A stretch of 64,000 nt of DNA from an uncultured Thermoleophilia bacterium (GTDB taxonomy: Bacteria; Actinomycetota; Thermoleophilia; UBA2241). A model generated the notes under the pieces. That model did not search any database. It had not been told where the DNA came from and saw only the letters and a list, made by a program, of their open reading frames with translations. Shown in pieces: positions 1 to 9,750 of this stretch (positions are counted from its first letter, which is position 1; each line of letters begins with the position of its first letter). The stretch spans positions 608,001 to 672,000 of the forward strand of contig CAVQSP010000011.1 in the NCBI GenBank assembly GCA_963715985.1. Reading direction: 5' to 3'. The position numbers and the translations under genes are program-made.

Positions 1-11
1 CGGACCGATGC

Positions 12-554
12 ATGGCATCTGGCCTCCCCGGCGACGACTGCCTTCGCTCGCCCCACTCCGTCCCCTCCGTGATAGCCCACCTGACAGGCGCGGTCCGTCC
101 GCACGGCTCTGGCCGGCGCAGCGACGCCGTTCACGCCTGCGCGCACGGCCGCATCTGCGCCGAGGCTGACTGCGACACGCGGCTCTCCATCTACAATCGC
201 TCGCCCTTCTGTTCGCTCCACGCGGCCGGTCACGAAGACGCGCGGCCCAAGCCGGCCAGCCATCGACCGCTTGAAGAGCACGCCTGTGAGAGGTGCGGCG
301 ACCTGTTCATGACGAGTAACCCGAAGCGCAGGTACTGCAGCGATCCATGCCGCATGAAGGCGTGGGCGCTCCGCGCGCGAGCCACCGATCGCATCGTCGA
401 CGAGATGACGGCGAGTCACGAAACCTGTGTCGGCAAGCGGGGCCGGCGAGAGGCCGTCGCTCCGCTGCCGGGAGCACACTGCGACGATCTCTCCCAGTCG
501 CCTACAGCAGCTGCAGCACGTAGACCCCGCTCAGCACGAGCGCGTACCCGATGA
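12..554 (+). CDS. Hypothetical protein with two Cys/His clusters (CGNR-like zinc finger)
   Basis: Contains CAEADC..LSIYN..FCSLH and CERCGDLF....KRRYCSDPCRMKAWALR. Start and 3' end uncertain; overlaps the convergent gene. Confidence 0.45.
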   Translation: MASGLPGDDCLRSPHSVPSVIAHLTGAVRPHGSGRRSDAVHACAHGRICAEADCDTRLSIYNRSPFCSLHAAGHEDARPKPASHRPLEEHACERCGDLFMTSNPKRRYCSDPCRMKAWALRARATDRIVDEMTASHETCVGKRGRREAVAPLPGAHCDDLSQSPTAAAARRPRSARARTR

Positions 555-1150
555 CGGCGTAGAACCAGCGCCCGCCGAGCTTGGGCGTCGCGATCGGAGC
601 CACGTTGAGGGCGGCGAGCACCATCAAAGCAATGTAGAGGACGATGGCGAAGAACGTCACGCCAACGACGGCTCGAAGACGAAGAGGAGCGCGAGGAGGA
701 GGACGTCGATGTCGAGCGGCAAGCCCCGATAGGTCCATCGCATCGAGCAGGCCGAAGACGTTGAAGTAGCTCAGCCGGATGGCCCCCGTGGCGAGAATCA
801 CGAAGGCGCCGGGGACGAAACCAGGGGCTGAAGCGCCCGACGCTCAGGAGCAGCAGCGCGGGCGCGACGCTGAAGCTGACGATATCGATGAGGGAGTCGA
901 GCTGCGCGCCGAAGGCCCGCTGATCGGCCGTGCGTCCTTTCATGCGCCGCGCGATGAGCCCGTCGCTCCAGTCGCAGACGACCGCCCAGAGCAGCGCTAT
1001 CATGGCCGCCGGGTAGACGCCGCGGATCGCGAAGTAGAGCCCGAGCAGCGCCGCGAGGAGCCCGGCCAGCGAGCACACGTTGGGCAGGTCCCGGGCGAAG
1101 GAGAGCATGGGCTCGGGACCCGACGCCGGACGCGAGACACTCCGGCTCAC
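502..1150 (-). CDS. CDP-alcohol phosphatidyltransferase family protein (frameshifted)
   Basis: Motif DWSDGLIARR..FGAQLDSLID in ORF 416..1150; hydrophobic C-terminus continues in ORF 502..801. Start overlaps the upstream stop (GTGA). Confidence 0.8.
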
Positions 1151-1974
1151 CCCGCGCCCTCGGGGCTCTGGCCGCGCCGCTCGGACCCTCCCACAAGATG
1201 GGCGTGCCTGGGGAAGACCAGCTCGGCCGCGGCCAGATCGGCTGGCGTATCGACCTCGTACCAGCGGCGGCGGGGAAGATCACCGCCGAAAGGGCCAGGA
1301 CGCCGTCGGCGGCCATCTCCTCGAACACGGACTCGTAGAAGGAGCCGGTGCTGGCCGGCCGCCACACGCCGGTCGAGTCGCTCGCAGACCTCACTCCAGG
1401 TCGCGCGCGCGAGGCTGTAGATGTTGAGCGCCATGAAGTGGTCTGCGTCGGTGCAATGCCTACCGTGGACGCCCGGGGGCGGCGGGTAGAAGGCCTTGAC
1501 GTGGCCGTCCCCGTCGAGCGTGACCGTGGTGCCGTCCATCCACGGCAGCTGCCGGGAGACGGCGATCCGGTCGGGCTCAAGCAGCGGCGCCAGCAGCGGC
1601 TCGTCGAAGACGAGATCGCTCTCGACCAAGAGGAACGGTTCGTCGATCAGGTGGCGCGCCAGCCACAGCGAGTAGATGTTGTTGGTGGTCGCGAACAGCG
1701 GGCTGACGATGTATTCGACGGCGATGCCGCCGAAGCGCTCGCCGAGGTAGTCGCGTATCGTCTCGGCCCTGTAGCCCGTGACGATGACCAGGCGCTCGAA
1801 GCGGTGACTGTCGAGAGCACGGACCAGCCGCTCGAGGATCGGCAGTCCGCTGACGGAGACGAGGCACTTCGGCAGCGCTTCGGTCAGCGGCGCCAACCGA
1901 CAACCCAAGCCGGCGGCGAGCAGCAGTGCGGTCCGTACCGGTGCGCGAGCGGTGCTGCGGTCGTGGCACTCCAT
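1147..1974 (-). CDS. NTP transferase, phosphocholine cytidylyltransferase (LicC-like) family, apparent frameshifts near C-terminus
   Basis: LLLAAGLGCRLAPLTEALPKCL, TTNNIYSLW, ESDLVFD and WYEVDT motifs. Confidence 0.8.
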   Translation of the reverse strand: MECHDRSTARAPVRTALLLAAGLGCRLAPLTEALPKCLVSVSGLPILERLVRALDSHRFERLVIVTGYRAETIRDYLGERFGGIAVEYIVSPLFATTNNIYSLWLARHLIDEPFLLVESDLVFDEPLLAPLLEPDRIAVSRQLPWMDGTTVTLDGDGHVKAFYPPPPGVHGRHCTDADHFMALNIYSLARATWSEVCERLDRRVAAGQHRLLLRVRVRGDGRRRRPGPFGGDLPRRRWYEVDTPADLAAAELVFPRHAHLVGGSERRGQSPEGAG

Positions 1975-2381
1975 ATGCGTGCCTCGCTTCTCAAGAGCCC
2001 GGCAGTCCGACCCCTCGGGTGGGATACCGAGTCGATGGCGACGGCGTGATGGGGCCGCCAGGGGAGCGACTGCCAGTGCCGGCAACGCCCCGACCGTCGC
2101 CGGCAAGAGGAGCACAGCTAGCCGCTGCGATGCGCTTCCCGGCGGCTGATGCCGGTCACCCAGGTCATCGGCCTGGTGCACATGACGCGGCGAGATCCGC
2201 CCGAGACGCGCAGACAGGACGGCAGCGGCTGCTCTGCGGTCGTGCGCAGCTTATCTGTCTTGCGGGCGCGCGTCACGAGTTTGGCCGCGCCCGACTCGGC
2301 TCAGGGAAGCTCAGACTTCTGCTGCTGTTACTTGGGCCTGCCCCGCTTTGACAGACACTTTCCTTAGGCTGCCTGGTCCTC

Positions 2382-2477
2382 CATGCGACCGTCTCGATCA
2401 CACTCGACACCTACTCGCGCGCGATCCCCGCCATGCAGGAGGAGGCCGCGGCGTTGATCGCGTATCTGGTGTTCGCG
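2382..2477 (+). pseudogene. Tyrosine recombinase C-terminal remnant 1
   Basis: Translates HATVSITLDTYSRAIPAMQEEAAALIAYLVFA; 80/96 nt identical to 3882-3977. Confidence 0.75.
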
Positions 2478-2493
2478 CAGGCGTGGAGCGGGC

Positions 2494-3606
<1,113 letters not shown>

Positions 3607-3806
3607 GCGCCCTCCGCCGCCCTTCGCTACGAGGTTCGCCTGATCGTGTCGATGGCGCGCCGGCGCCGGCCGGTGCGAAGGGCAGCATGCCCTCCTCCCA
3701 CCAGGGGGCGGCCACAGGGACGCGCCAGAGAACTGCTCCCGATACTAACACCCGGGGCTGCCAGGGGAGGCGCTCGCGCGAGCACTTCGAGTGGGGCCGG
3801 CGGTCA

Positions 3807-3995
3807 GATCTGCGCCACACTCACGCCACCCTCGCGCTCCAGGCCGGCATCCACCCCAAGGTCGTCTCAGAGCGCCTTGGGCACGCCACCGTCTCGATCA
3901 CCCTCGACACCTACTCGCATGCCATCCCGGCGATGCAGGAGGAGGAGGCGGCGCTGATTGCGGGGCTGGTGTTCTCGACGGAACAGGCGAGCTGA
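3807..3995 (+). pseudogene. Tyrosine recombinase C-terminal remnant 2
   Basis: DLRHTHATLALQAGIHPKVVSERLGHATVSITLDTY (LRH, LGH and catalytic Tyr); no N-terminal part upstream. Confidence 0.85.
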
Positions 3996-3999
3996 AGCA

Positions 4000-5091
4000 C
4001 TACTCCCTGCTTGCGTCAGCAATCCGACCTATGGCTCCAATCCAGGCTCGTTCAGACCTCGCTTTCGTTACCTCACAGACCTCCATCACTGCGCCGACTG
4101 CTGCCCCAACAGCCCCGCCGACTACGGGTGCGCCGAGCGCGAGGCCAATCGTTGCGTATCCAGTTCCTACGCCCACCAGCATGTTGACGAGCGCGTGTCC
4201 CGCGATGGATCTCACGCCGCCCCCAGCCAGTGCAGCCTTACGCAGCCTCTTGCTGTAGGCGTCGCGCACGGCGGTCTCGATGTCGTCCCCCGACGCCAAG
4301 GACGCAACCTCGTCCTCAACGTCCCGCAATTCGGCCCTGAGGCGCGTCAGCGCAGGGAGTCTCCGCAGCCGCCCAACGTCCTCCCAATTGAGGCGCTCCA
4401 CGCGAGGCACCAAGATCGGCAGCGCGAACCCTCGGCTCTTCACGTTGGCGTCCGCAGCAAACCGCGCCGCAATCACGCGACCGTGATAGCGATCGACACT
4501 CGTGTCCCAGCCCGCGCACGCGCCCGCGGCCAAGTCATCCGCGATATGGCCGATGAGCGCTGAGCGCACCAGCTGCTCTGGCACGAGCCGTCGAAGGGCG
4601 TCGTTTTCAGCGTCGCGCTCCTTCCAGACCTCCGCTACCCGCTTCACTTCCGAACTGGACGAATCCAGCGACCCGAAGGAGATCCAGTCACAGGCCTTGG
4701 GGAACTCGAACGCAAACGGCTCCAGGGTCGCGTCCCAGCACATCGTGGTTGCGGAGCGGAAAACCTCCTGCATGGGCTCAGGCGACGGTACACCTGGCGC
4801 CTTTGCAGGCCCCATCGCCAACTTGAAGGGGCCAGCCTGGGCGGTATGGCGGTGGCGAGCAGTCTCCCAAGACGGCGATTGCCCTGTCGTATATGGCATG
4901 CGCAGGACGAGTGATGCCTCAGGGCCAGCCGTAATGAGACGGCGCCCCGTCTCGATCAGCACCTCTTCATACAGCAAACTCGCGACCTTGAGCCGAGCGC
5001 GGACACTCTCGACGGGAGCCCCAGCGACCAAGGCGTGAGCGTTCGAAGCCACCGGGAAGAAGCAGCACTCTGAGGCACGTGTGTCTGTCAT
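4000..5091 (-). CDS. Hypothetical protein with C-terminal Gly-rich hydrophobic segment
   Basis: Long open frame with protein-like composition; start chosen at ATG 5091; no family recognised. Confidence 0.6.
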   Translation of the reverse strand: MTDTRASECCFFPVASNAHALVAGAPVESVRARLKVASLLYEEVLIETGRRLITAGPEASLVLRMPYTTGQSPSWETARHRHTAQAGPFKLAMGPAKAPGVPSPEPMQEVFRSATTMCWDATLEPFAFEFPKACDWISFGSLDSSSSEVKRVAEVWKERDAENDALRRLVPEQLVRSALIGHIADDLAAGACAGWDTSVDRYHGRVIAARFAADANVKSRGFALPILVPRVERLNWEDVGRLRRLPALTRLRAELRDVEDEVASLASGDDIETAVRDAYSKRLRKAALAGGGVRSIAGHALVNMLVGVGTGYATIGLALGAPVVGGAVGAAVGAVMEVCEVTKARSERAWIGAIGRIADASRE

Positions 5092-5302
5092 CGGCTTGAG
5101 AGACTCGGCGCAGATGGCACGCACTGAAGACCGGGTCAGCTCAAGGCTATCAGCATCGAGAACCAGGAGAGGCGGCGCCTCGTGCTGGCCAGTGCCGTTG
5201 CGTACCCGGGAGTCTCGGCAGCAACATGTCGGCAATTTTAGCGACGTGGACAAGTTTGCTGCCGAACGCCCCAGCACGAAAGCGCCCTGTGCAGCACAGA
5301 AG

Positions 5303-5378
5303 TGGTGCCCCCGGGCTGGATCGAACAGCCGACACCAGGTTTAGGAAACCTGTGCTCTATCCACTGAGCTACGAGGGC
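5303..5378 (-). tRNA. tRNA-Arg (anticodon CCT)
   Basis: Reverse complement GCCCTCGTAGCTCAGTGGATAGAGCACAGGTTTCCTAAACCTGGTGTCGGCTGTTCGATCCAGCCCGGGGGCACCA: cloverleaf, TTCGA T-loop, CCA end. Confidence 0.96.
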
Positions 5379-5543
5379 ATTGTGCCGATTTGCAGGTACT
5401 TTGTGTTCCTGCGGCCCGGCAAGAATACCACGAGTTGCTAGGAAGTTGCCAAATCTGCATGAAACCTGCGGCGGCGCGCCTGCAAGCGGCTCATGTGACG
5501 TCGTTCGCCGCGCTCCGACGAGCGACTTCGGCCGGCTGATCGG

Positions 5544-5858
5544 TCATCCGCGACCGTCGATGCGCTCGAGCATCTGCGCTTCGCTCGGGTGGGCGTCGAT
5601 TCCCGCACCGGGGACCAGGTAACGCCGTCAGCCCATCGACCCGAGCGGGATCTCCGTGTCGGGCTCGAGGTCGCGCCCGTCGATCAGGATCGTCGGCGAG
5701 CCGCGGAAGCCGCTGGCGACCGCAGTCGCCTCGTCTTCGATGACCACGTCGCTGACGCCGACGTCGTCCCGGGCGCCGGCGATCCCGGAGGCGATGGCGA
5801 GGGCGGCGGCCCCGCCGCCACAGCCGGGGACGTGGAGTACGGTGATCGTGTGAGGCAT
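5544..5858 (-). CDS. Thioredoxin-like DF family (seleno)protein with in-frame UGA at 5628-5630
   Basis: GGAGG RBS; HVPGC and GFRGSPTILIDGRD motifs; after GSMG-TGA the frame continues RRYLVPGAGIDAHPSEAQMLERIDGRG; TGA sits at the family GxxCRxY Cys. Confidence 0.75.
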
Positions 5859-5976
5859 CTGCTCTCCTCCTGCCGACGCGGGACCCGCGCTTCGTCTGAC
5901 GGGAGGATACCGCCCCGGGCACCCGTTCACGCATCTCGGCCGACGCTCACGCCCCGCCTGGGACGGGGCCGGAGTC

Positions 5977-6270
5977 CTACCGCCTGCGGCTTGCGAGCGC
6001 CACGACGTTGTCGCGGCGCGGCTGAGCGTCCTCGAAGATCTGCTCCTCGGCGCACTCCAATGCGGCCCTCGTGACCTCGTCGAGGCCGGCCTTGGCCTTC
6101 GCCCGCGCGGCGGTGGTGAGGCGCACGTAGCGGCGCAGGGTGGTCGCCGGGCCGGAGTGGCCTAGCCACTCCTGCGCCTGCTTCACGCCGTACTCCTCGC
6201 AAACCGAGGTCCCGAACGAGTCGCGCAGGCCGTGGATCGGCAGGTGCGGGTCGATCCTCTGGCGCGCGAC
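5977..6270 (-). pseudogene. Tyrosine recombinase C-terminal remnant 3 (distinct from remnants 1 and 2)
   Basis: PHLPIHGLRDSFGTSVCEEYGVKQAQEWLGHSGPATTLRRY: HxLR, LGH and Tyr. Confidence 0.7.
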
Positions 6271-6410
6271 CCGATTCCACCACAGACGGGGCCGTCTGCG
6301 TTTGGTGCTTACGCGGACCGTCTGATCCTTGTTAGCGGTACACCGGTCGTGAGGCCAATGTCCACCACTCGGGTGTTGCGCCCGCCGGGCGCACGGGGGA
6401 GACTGTCGAC

Positions 6411-6641
6411 ATGCGCACCACCGATCTCGAGATCGCCAAGCTCTCCCTCGCTGAGCGCATCCAGCTCGCCGAGGACCTCTGGGACAGCGTCGCCGCCGAG
6501 ACCGGTGGGTTGCCGCTCACCGAGGCGCAGACGACGGAGCTCGACCACCGCCTCGCCCAGCTCGCCCGCGATCCTGAGGCCGGCGACCCCTGGGAGGTCG
6601 TGCGCGGGCGCATCCAGGAGCGCCTCGACAAGGCCGGATGA
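6411..6641 (+). CDS. Addiction module antitoxin
   Basis: LSLAERIQLAEDLWDSV..ELDHRL..PWEVV pattern; ATGA overlap with the toxin. Confidence 0.85.
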   Translation: MRTTDLEIAKLSLAERIQLAEDLWDSVAAETGGLPLTEAQTTELDHRLAQLARDPEAGDPWEVVRGRIQERLDKAG

Positions 6642-6940
6642 CCCTGCGCCTCGTCGTCCGCGCGGCCGCCGAGGCGGACGTCCTCGAAGCGGCACTCTGG
6701 TACGAACAGCGCTCCCCAGGTCTCGGCACAGAGTTCCTGCGCGCCGTCGACGTCACCCTCGCCGAGATCGCGCGCATGCCCGAACGCTTCCCGCTCGTCT
6801 ACTGCGAGTCGCGCCGTGCGCTGCTGCGCCGCTTCCCGTATGCCGTCTTCTTCGTCGCCGCTCCCGATCTGGTCAGCGTGGTCGCCTTCATGCACGCGCG
6901 CCGCGACCCACGCCGCTGGGAGGAGCGCGTCGGTGGATGA
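6638..6940 (+). CDS. RelE/ParE family toxin
   Basis: EAALWYEQRSPGLGTEFL, RRALLRRFPYAVFF, HARRDP. Confidence 0.88.
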   Translation: MTLRLVVRAAAEADVLEAALWYEQRSPGLGTEFLRAVDVTLAEIARMPERFPLVYCESRRALLRRFPYAVFFVAAPDLVSVVAFMHARRDPRRWEERVGG

Positions 6941-6941
6941 C

Positions 6942-7028
6942 CGCTAACAAGCGCATCGAGCAGAACGCCACAACGTCTGCCGTGAACCGGCAGGTCAGTC
7001 GCGTCTGCTCATGCACCGGGCGTTAGCG
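6942..7028 (+). repeat. attC site 1 (87 bp)
   Basis: CGCTAAC ... GCAT[C]GAGCAGA[A]CGC ... GCGTCTGCTCATGC ... GTTAGCG; two unpaired bases; starts immediately after the toxin stop. Confidence 0.85.
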
Positions 7029-7047
7029 CCACAGTCCGGAATCGTGC

Positions 7048-7076
7048 TTGTTGCCCAAGCGGAGCTGGGATATACT
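7048..7076 (+). promoter_or_regulatory. Putative sigma70 promoter of mazEF inside the cassette
   Basis: TTGTTG-N17-TATACT upstream of a GGAGG RBS. Confidence 0.5.
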
Positions 7077-7102
7077 TCGGATAGCCTCAGGAGGTGAACC
7101 CG

Positions 7103-7351
7103 ATGATTACCAGAATCCAGAAGTGGGGCAACAGCCAAGGTCTTCGTGTGAGCAAGGAGCTGCTTGCCGATGCCGAGATCGGCGTCGGCGATGCCGTCGA
7201 CGTGGCCGTGCGTGACGGCGCTCTTGTCGTGACGCCGGTCCGTCGCGTACGTGGCGCGCTCGACCTCGCGCAGCTCGTCGCTTCCATTCCCAAGGGCTAC
7301 GAGCCCGGCGAGCTCGACTGGGGACAGCCTGCCGGCCGAGAGGTCTGGTAG
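7103..7351 (+). CDS. mazE: AbrB/MazE family antitoxin
   Basis: IQKWGNSQGLRV, ELDWGQPAGREVW. Confidence 0.9.
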   Translation: MITRIQKWGNSQGLRVSKELLADAEIGVGDAVDVAVRDGALVVTPVRRVRGALDLAQLVASIPKGYEPGELDWGQPAGREVW

Positions 7352-7687
7352 GTGGCGGCCTACGTTCCCCGCAGGGGGGACTTCGTCGCTCTGACCTTCG
7401 ATCCCCAGTCGGGTCACGAGCAGCGTGGGCGCCGACCGGCACTGGTGGTCAGCAACGACCTCTTCAACAAGCACACGGGGTTGTGCATCGCCTGCCCGGT
7501 GACCAATGCCCGGCGCGACTACCCATTCCATGTCTCGGTTCCCGAAGGCTGCGAGGTGACCGGCGTGGTCATGGTCGAGCAGGTCAAGTCGATCGACTTT
7601 CGCGCCCGCAGCGTGAAGCGCATCGCACCGGCTCCGGAGTCGGTTCTGCAGGAGGCGCTGTCGCTGCTCGACGCATGTATCTATTGA
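7352..7687 (+). CDS. mazF: PemK/MazF family toxin
   Basis: YVPRRGD, FDPQSGHEQRGRRPALVVS, QVKSIDFRAR. Confidence 0.92.
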   Translation: MAAYVPRRGDFVALTFDPQSGHEQRGRRPALVVSNDLFNKHTGLCIACPVTNARRDYPFHVSVPEGCEVTGVVMVEQVKSIDFRARSVKRIAPAPESVLQEALSLLDACIY

Positions 7688-7688
7688 G

Positions 7689-7748
7689 CGCCAACAAGCA
7701 CATCGAGCAGATGCGCTTCGCGCACGGCTCATGTGCCAGCCGTTGGGC
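7689..7748 (+). repeat. attC site 2 (60 bp)
   Basis: CGCCAAC AA GCACAT[C]GAGC..TGCGC TTC GCGCA..GCTCATGTGC CAGCC GTTGGGC; similar to attC 1; follows the mazF stop. Confidence 0.82.
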
Positions 7749-7774
7749 CCTGGAAGTGCAGAGAGGAGAGCACG

Positions 7775-8119
7775 ATGAGCAACGAACAGCCGGCACCTGA
7801 GACGAAAGGTGTCACGGCGAAGTTGCTGGCGACGGTCGACCTCGGCCCGGAGATCGAGGGCATGGCGGGACGCCAGCTTCGCATGCGCATGGTGACCTTC
7901 GAGCCTGGAGGCGTCTTCGGCCCGGTCCACGACCACAAGGGCAGGCCAGGCACCGTCTACATCCTGCAAGGAACGATCACCGACCATCGAGACGGAGTCG
8001 CTACGGACTACGGGCCGGGAGTGGGCTGGCCCGAGGACAGGAACACCACACACTGGCTTGAGAACAGAGGAACGACTCCGGCGGTGGAGATCTCGGTCGA
8101 CATAGTCGGGCACGAGTAA
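7775..8119 (+). CDS. Cupin domain protein
   Basis: GGAG RBS; PGG..HDHKGRPG..YILQG..HWLEN cupin motifs. Confidence 0.8.
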   Translation: MSNEQPAPETKGVTAKLLATVDLGPEIEGMAGRQLRMRMVTFEPGGVFGPVHDHKGRPGTVYILQGTITDHRDGVATDYGPGVGWPEDRNTTHWLENRGTTPAVEISVDIVGHE

Positions 8120-8217
8120 GCTCAGGCCCGACGTCAAGGGTGGTCGGGGGACGTCGATCTGCTCCTCCGGCGAAATCGTAGCACAGGGGCCGGCGGCCGG
8201 CGGCGGTGGCCGCCGCC

Positions 8218-9459
8218 TCAAGCCCACAGGGTGCTGATGGGGAGTGCCGACAGCCGGTCACCCAGCGCGTACGGCCGTGGTCCGGTGTGCAGGACGACGC
8301 CGGCGATGAAGCGGTCTCCGAGCTCGTCGCGAAGCCACGCGAGATGGCGCGCGCTGCGCACGGTCGGAGCCGCCTCAGCCTTCACCTCGACGCCGATGAC
8401 CCGACCGTCTGCGGCCTCCAGGACAATGTCCATCTCGTGCCGACCCTGCTGCTGCCGCAGGTGATACGCGCGGAGCCGGGACGCGCTCACCGAGATCTCA
8501 CCTCGGATTTGCGCCATGACGAAGGAATCCAGGATCCGCCCGAGCAGATCCCCGTCGCGCATCACCCCGTCGGTGTCCACCCGAAGCGCAGCGCTCACCA
8601 GGCCCGGGTCGACGACGTAGCGTTTGGGCGAGCGAGCCAGGCGCTTCAACCGATTGGTCATCCACGCAGGAACAGCCTCCACGACGAACAGATTCGTGAA
8701 CAGCCGGTCGTAGGCCGCCGCGGTCCTGGCGTTGATGCCTGCGGCATCGTAGAGCGTCTTGTCCTCCACGACTCCGGCCGTGTTCGAGGCCAGCGCTTCG
8801 AAGTAGCGCCGCAGCCGCACGGGGTCGCGGTCGCCCGCGACCTGGGAGGCATCGCGCGTCAGGATCTGGTCGAGGTAGCCGTCCAGCCAGCGGCGCCTGG
8901 CAGTAGCGCGCAGGTGTAAGACCGGACTCGGGAACGACCCGGCGAGCGCCATCTCCACGTAGCCCCGTAAGTCAGGCGGGTCGGCCGGAGTCCGCGCAGC
9001 CGCTTCGACGCCCTCGGCCGCGATCCGCTCGAAGAGCCCGGGTCCGTCAACGCTGCCGAGGACCTCGCGCCCAACCAGCCCGGACAAGGCGACTCTGGTC
9101 AGGCGGCCCGTGCCCGGCCACGTCTCAGCCTCGAGGTCGGCGCGGACCGAGCCGGTCAGCAAGTAGCGGCCGGGCCGCGGATCGTCGTCCACCGCCCTCT
9201 TGAGCGCGCCGAGGACCGAGGGCACGGCCTGCCACTCGTCCAGGAGGACGGGCTCCGGCAGGCCGCGCAGAGCGACGTCCGGATCGGCGCGGAAGGCGGC
9301 CGCCTCCGCATCGCGGTCGAGGCGAATGACCGTCCGGGCGAATCGCCGGGCCGTGGTGGTCTTGCCCACGGCTCGCGGACCCACGATCAGGATCGCCGGC
9401 AGTTCCTGAAGGAGCTCGGCCAGAAGAGCATCGAGGAGTCTGTCTCGATACGAGACCAT
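8218..9459 (-). CDS. AAA_14 ATPase with C-terminal DUF4143 domain
   Basis: Walker A GPRAVGKTT, Walker B LLDEWQ, LLTGS, PKRYVVDPG, EMD..VEVK. Confidence 0.88.
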   Translation of the reverse strand: MVSYRDRLLDALLAELLQELPAILIVGPRAVGKTTTARRFARTVIRLDRDAEAAAFRADPDVALRGLPEPVLLDEWQAVPSVLGALKRAVDDDPRPGRYLLTGSVRADLEAETWPGTGRLTRVALSGLVGREVLGSVDGPGLFERIAAEGVEAAARTPADPPDLRGYVEMALAGSFPSPVLHLRATARRRWLDGYLDQILTRDASQVAGDRDPVRLRRYFEALASNTAGVVEDKTLYDAAGINARTAAAYDRLFTNLFVVEAVPAWMTNRLKRLARSPKRYVVDPGLVSAALRVDTDGVMRDGDLLGRILDSFVMAQIRGEISVSASRLRAYHLRQQQGRHEMDIVLEAADGRVIGVEVKAEAAPTVRSARHLAWLRDELGDRFIAGVVLHTGPRPYALGDRLSALPISTLWA

Positions 9460-9469
9460 GGAGGCATGA

Positions 9470-9531
9470 TACCAATATGCCGCAGGTCTGACTACCAACA
9501 TTCCGCAGCACATGGTACCAATGCTCCGCAG
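9470..9531. repeat. Three 16-bp direct repeats with 23-bp period
   Basis: TACCAATATGCCGCAG (9470), TACCAACATTCCGCAG (9493), TACCAATGCTCCGCAG (9516). Confidence 0.8.
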
Positions 9532-9750
9532 TCGCGGAGGCGCCGACTTGAGCTCTCCATCGACCCGTTCGTCGACGCGGTCTCCTGGAAGAAGCGCGAC
9601 CCGGAGGCCTACCGGGCGCTCGTGCTCCGGGTGCGTATTCCGCGCCAAGCAGAACAGTCATTCTGGAGTTGACCCGCCTTCGTGGACACATGGGCGATCG
9701 GTGGGCCCCTCCGAGTGGCCGGCGATGGGACGCCCCTTCTCCCCCGCCTG

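Larger units (their letters stand above)
6331..8135 (+). mobile_element. Integron-like gene cassette array lacking intI (CALIN), three cassettes
   Basis: GTT core sites at 6331, 7022 and 7742, two full attC sites, co-oriented compact genes between them. Confidence 0.75.

Noticed and set aside
5977-6270. Calling this remnant intI
   Set aside because: Only a C-terminal fragment and its motifs do not match IntI
9470-9531. Possible mini CRISPR
   Set aside because: 16-bp degenerate repeats with 7-bp gaps are far too short
9550-9660. Coding-like fragment IDPFVDAVSWKKRDPEAYRALVLRV
   Set aside because: No start, too short to assign; probably a gene remnant
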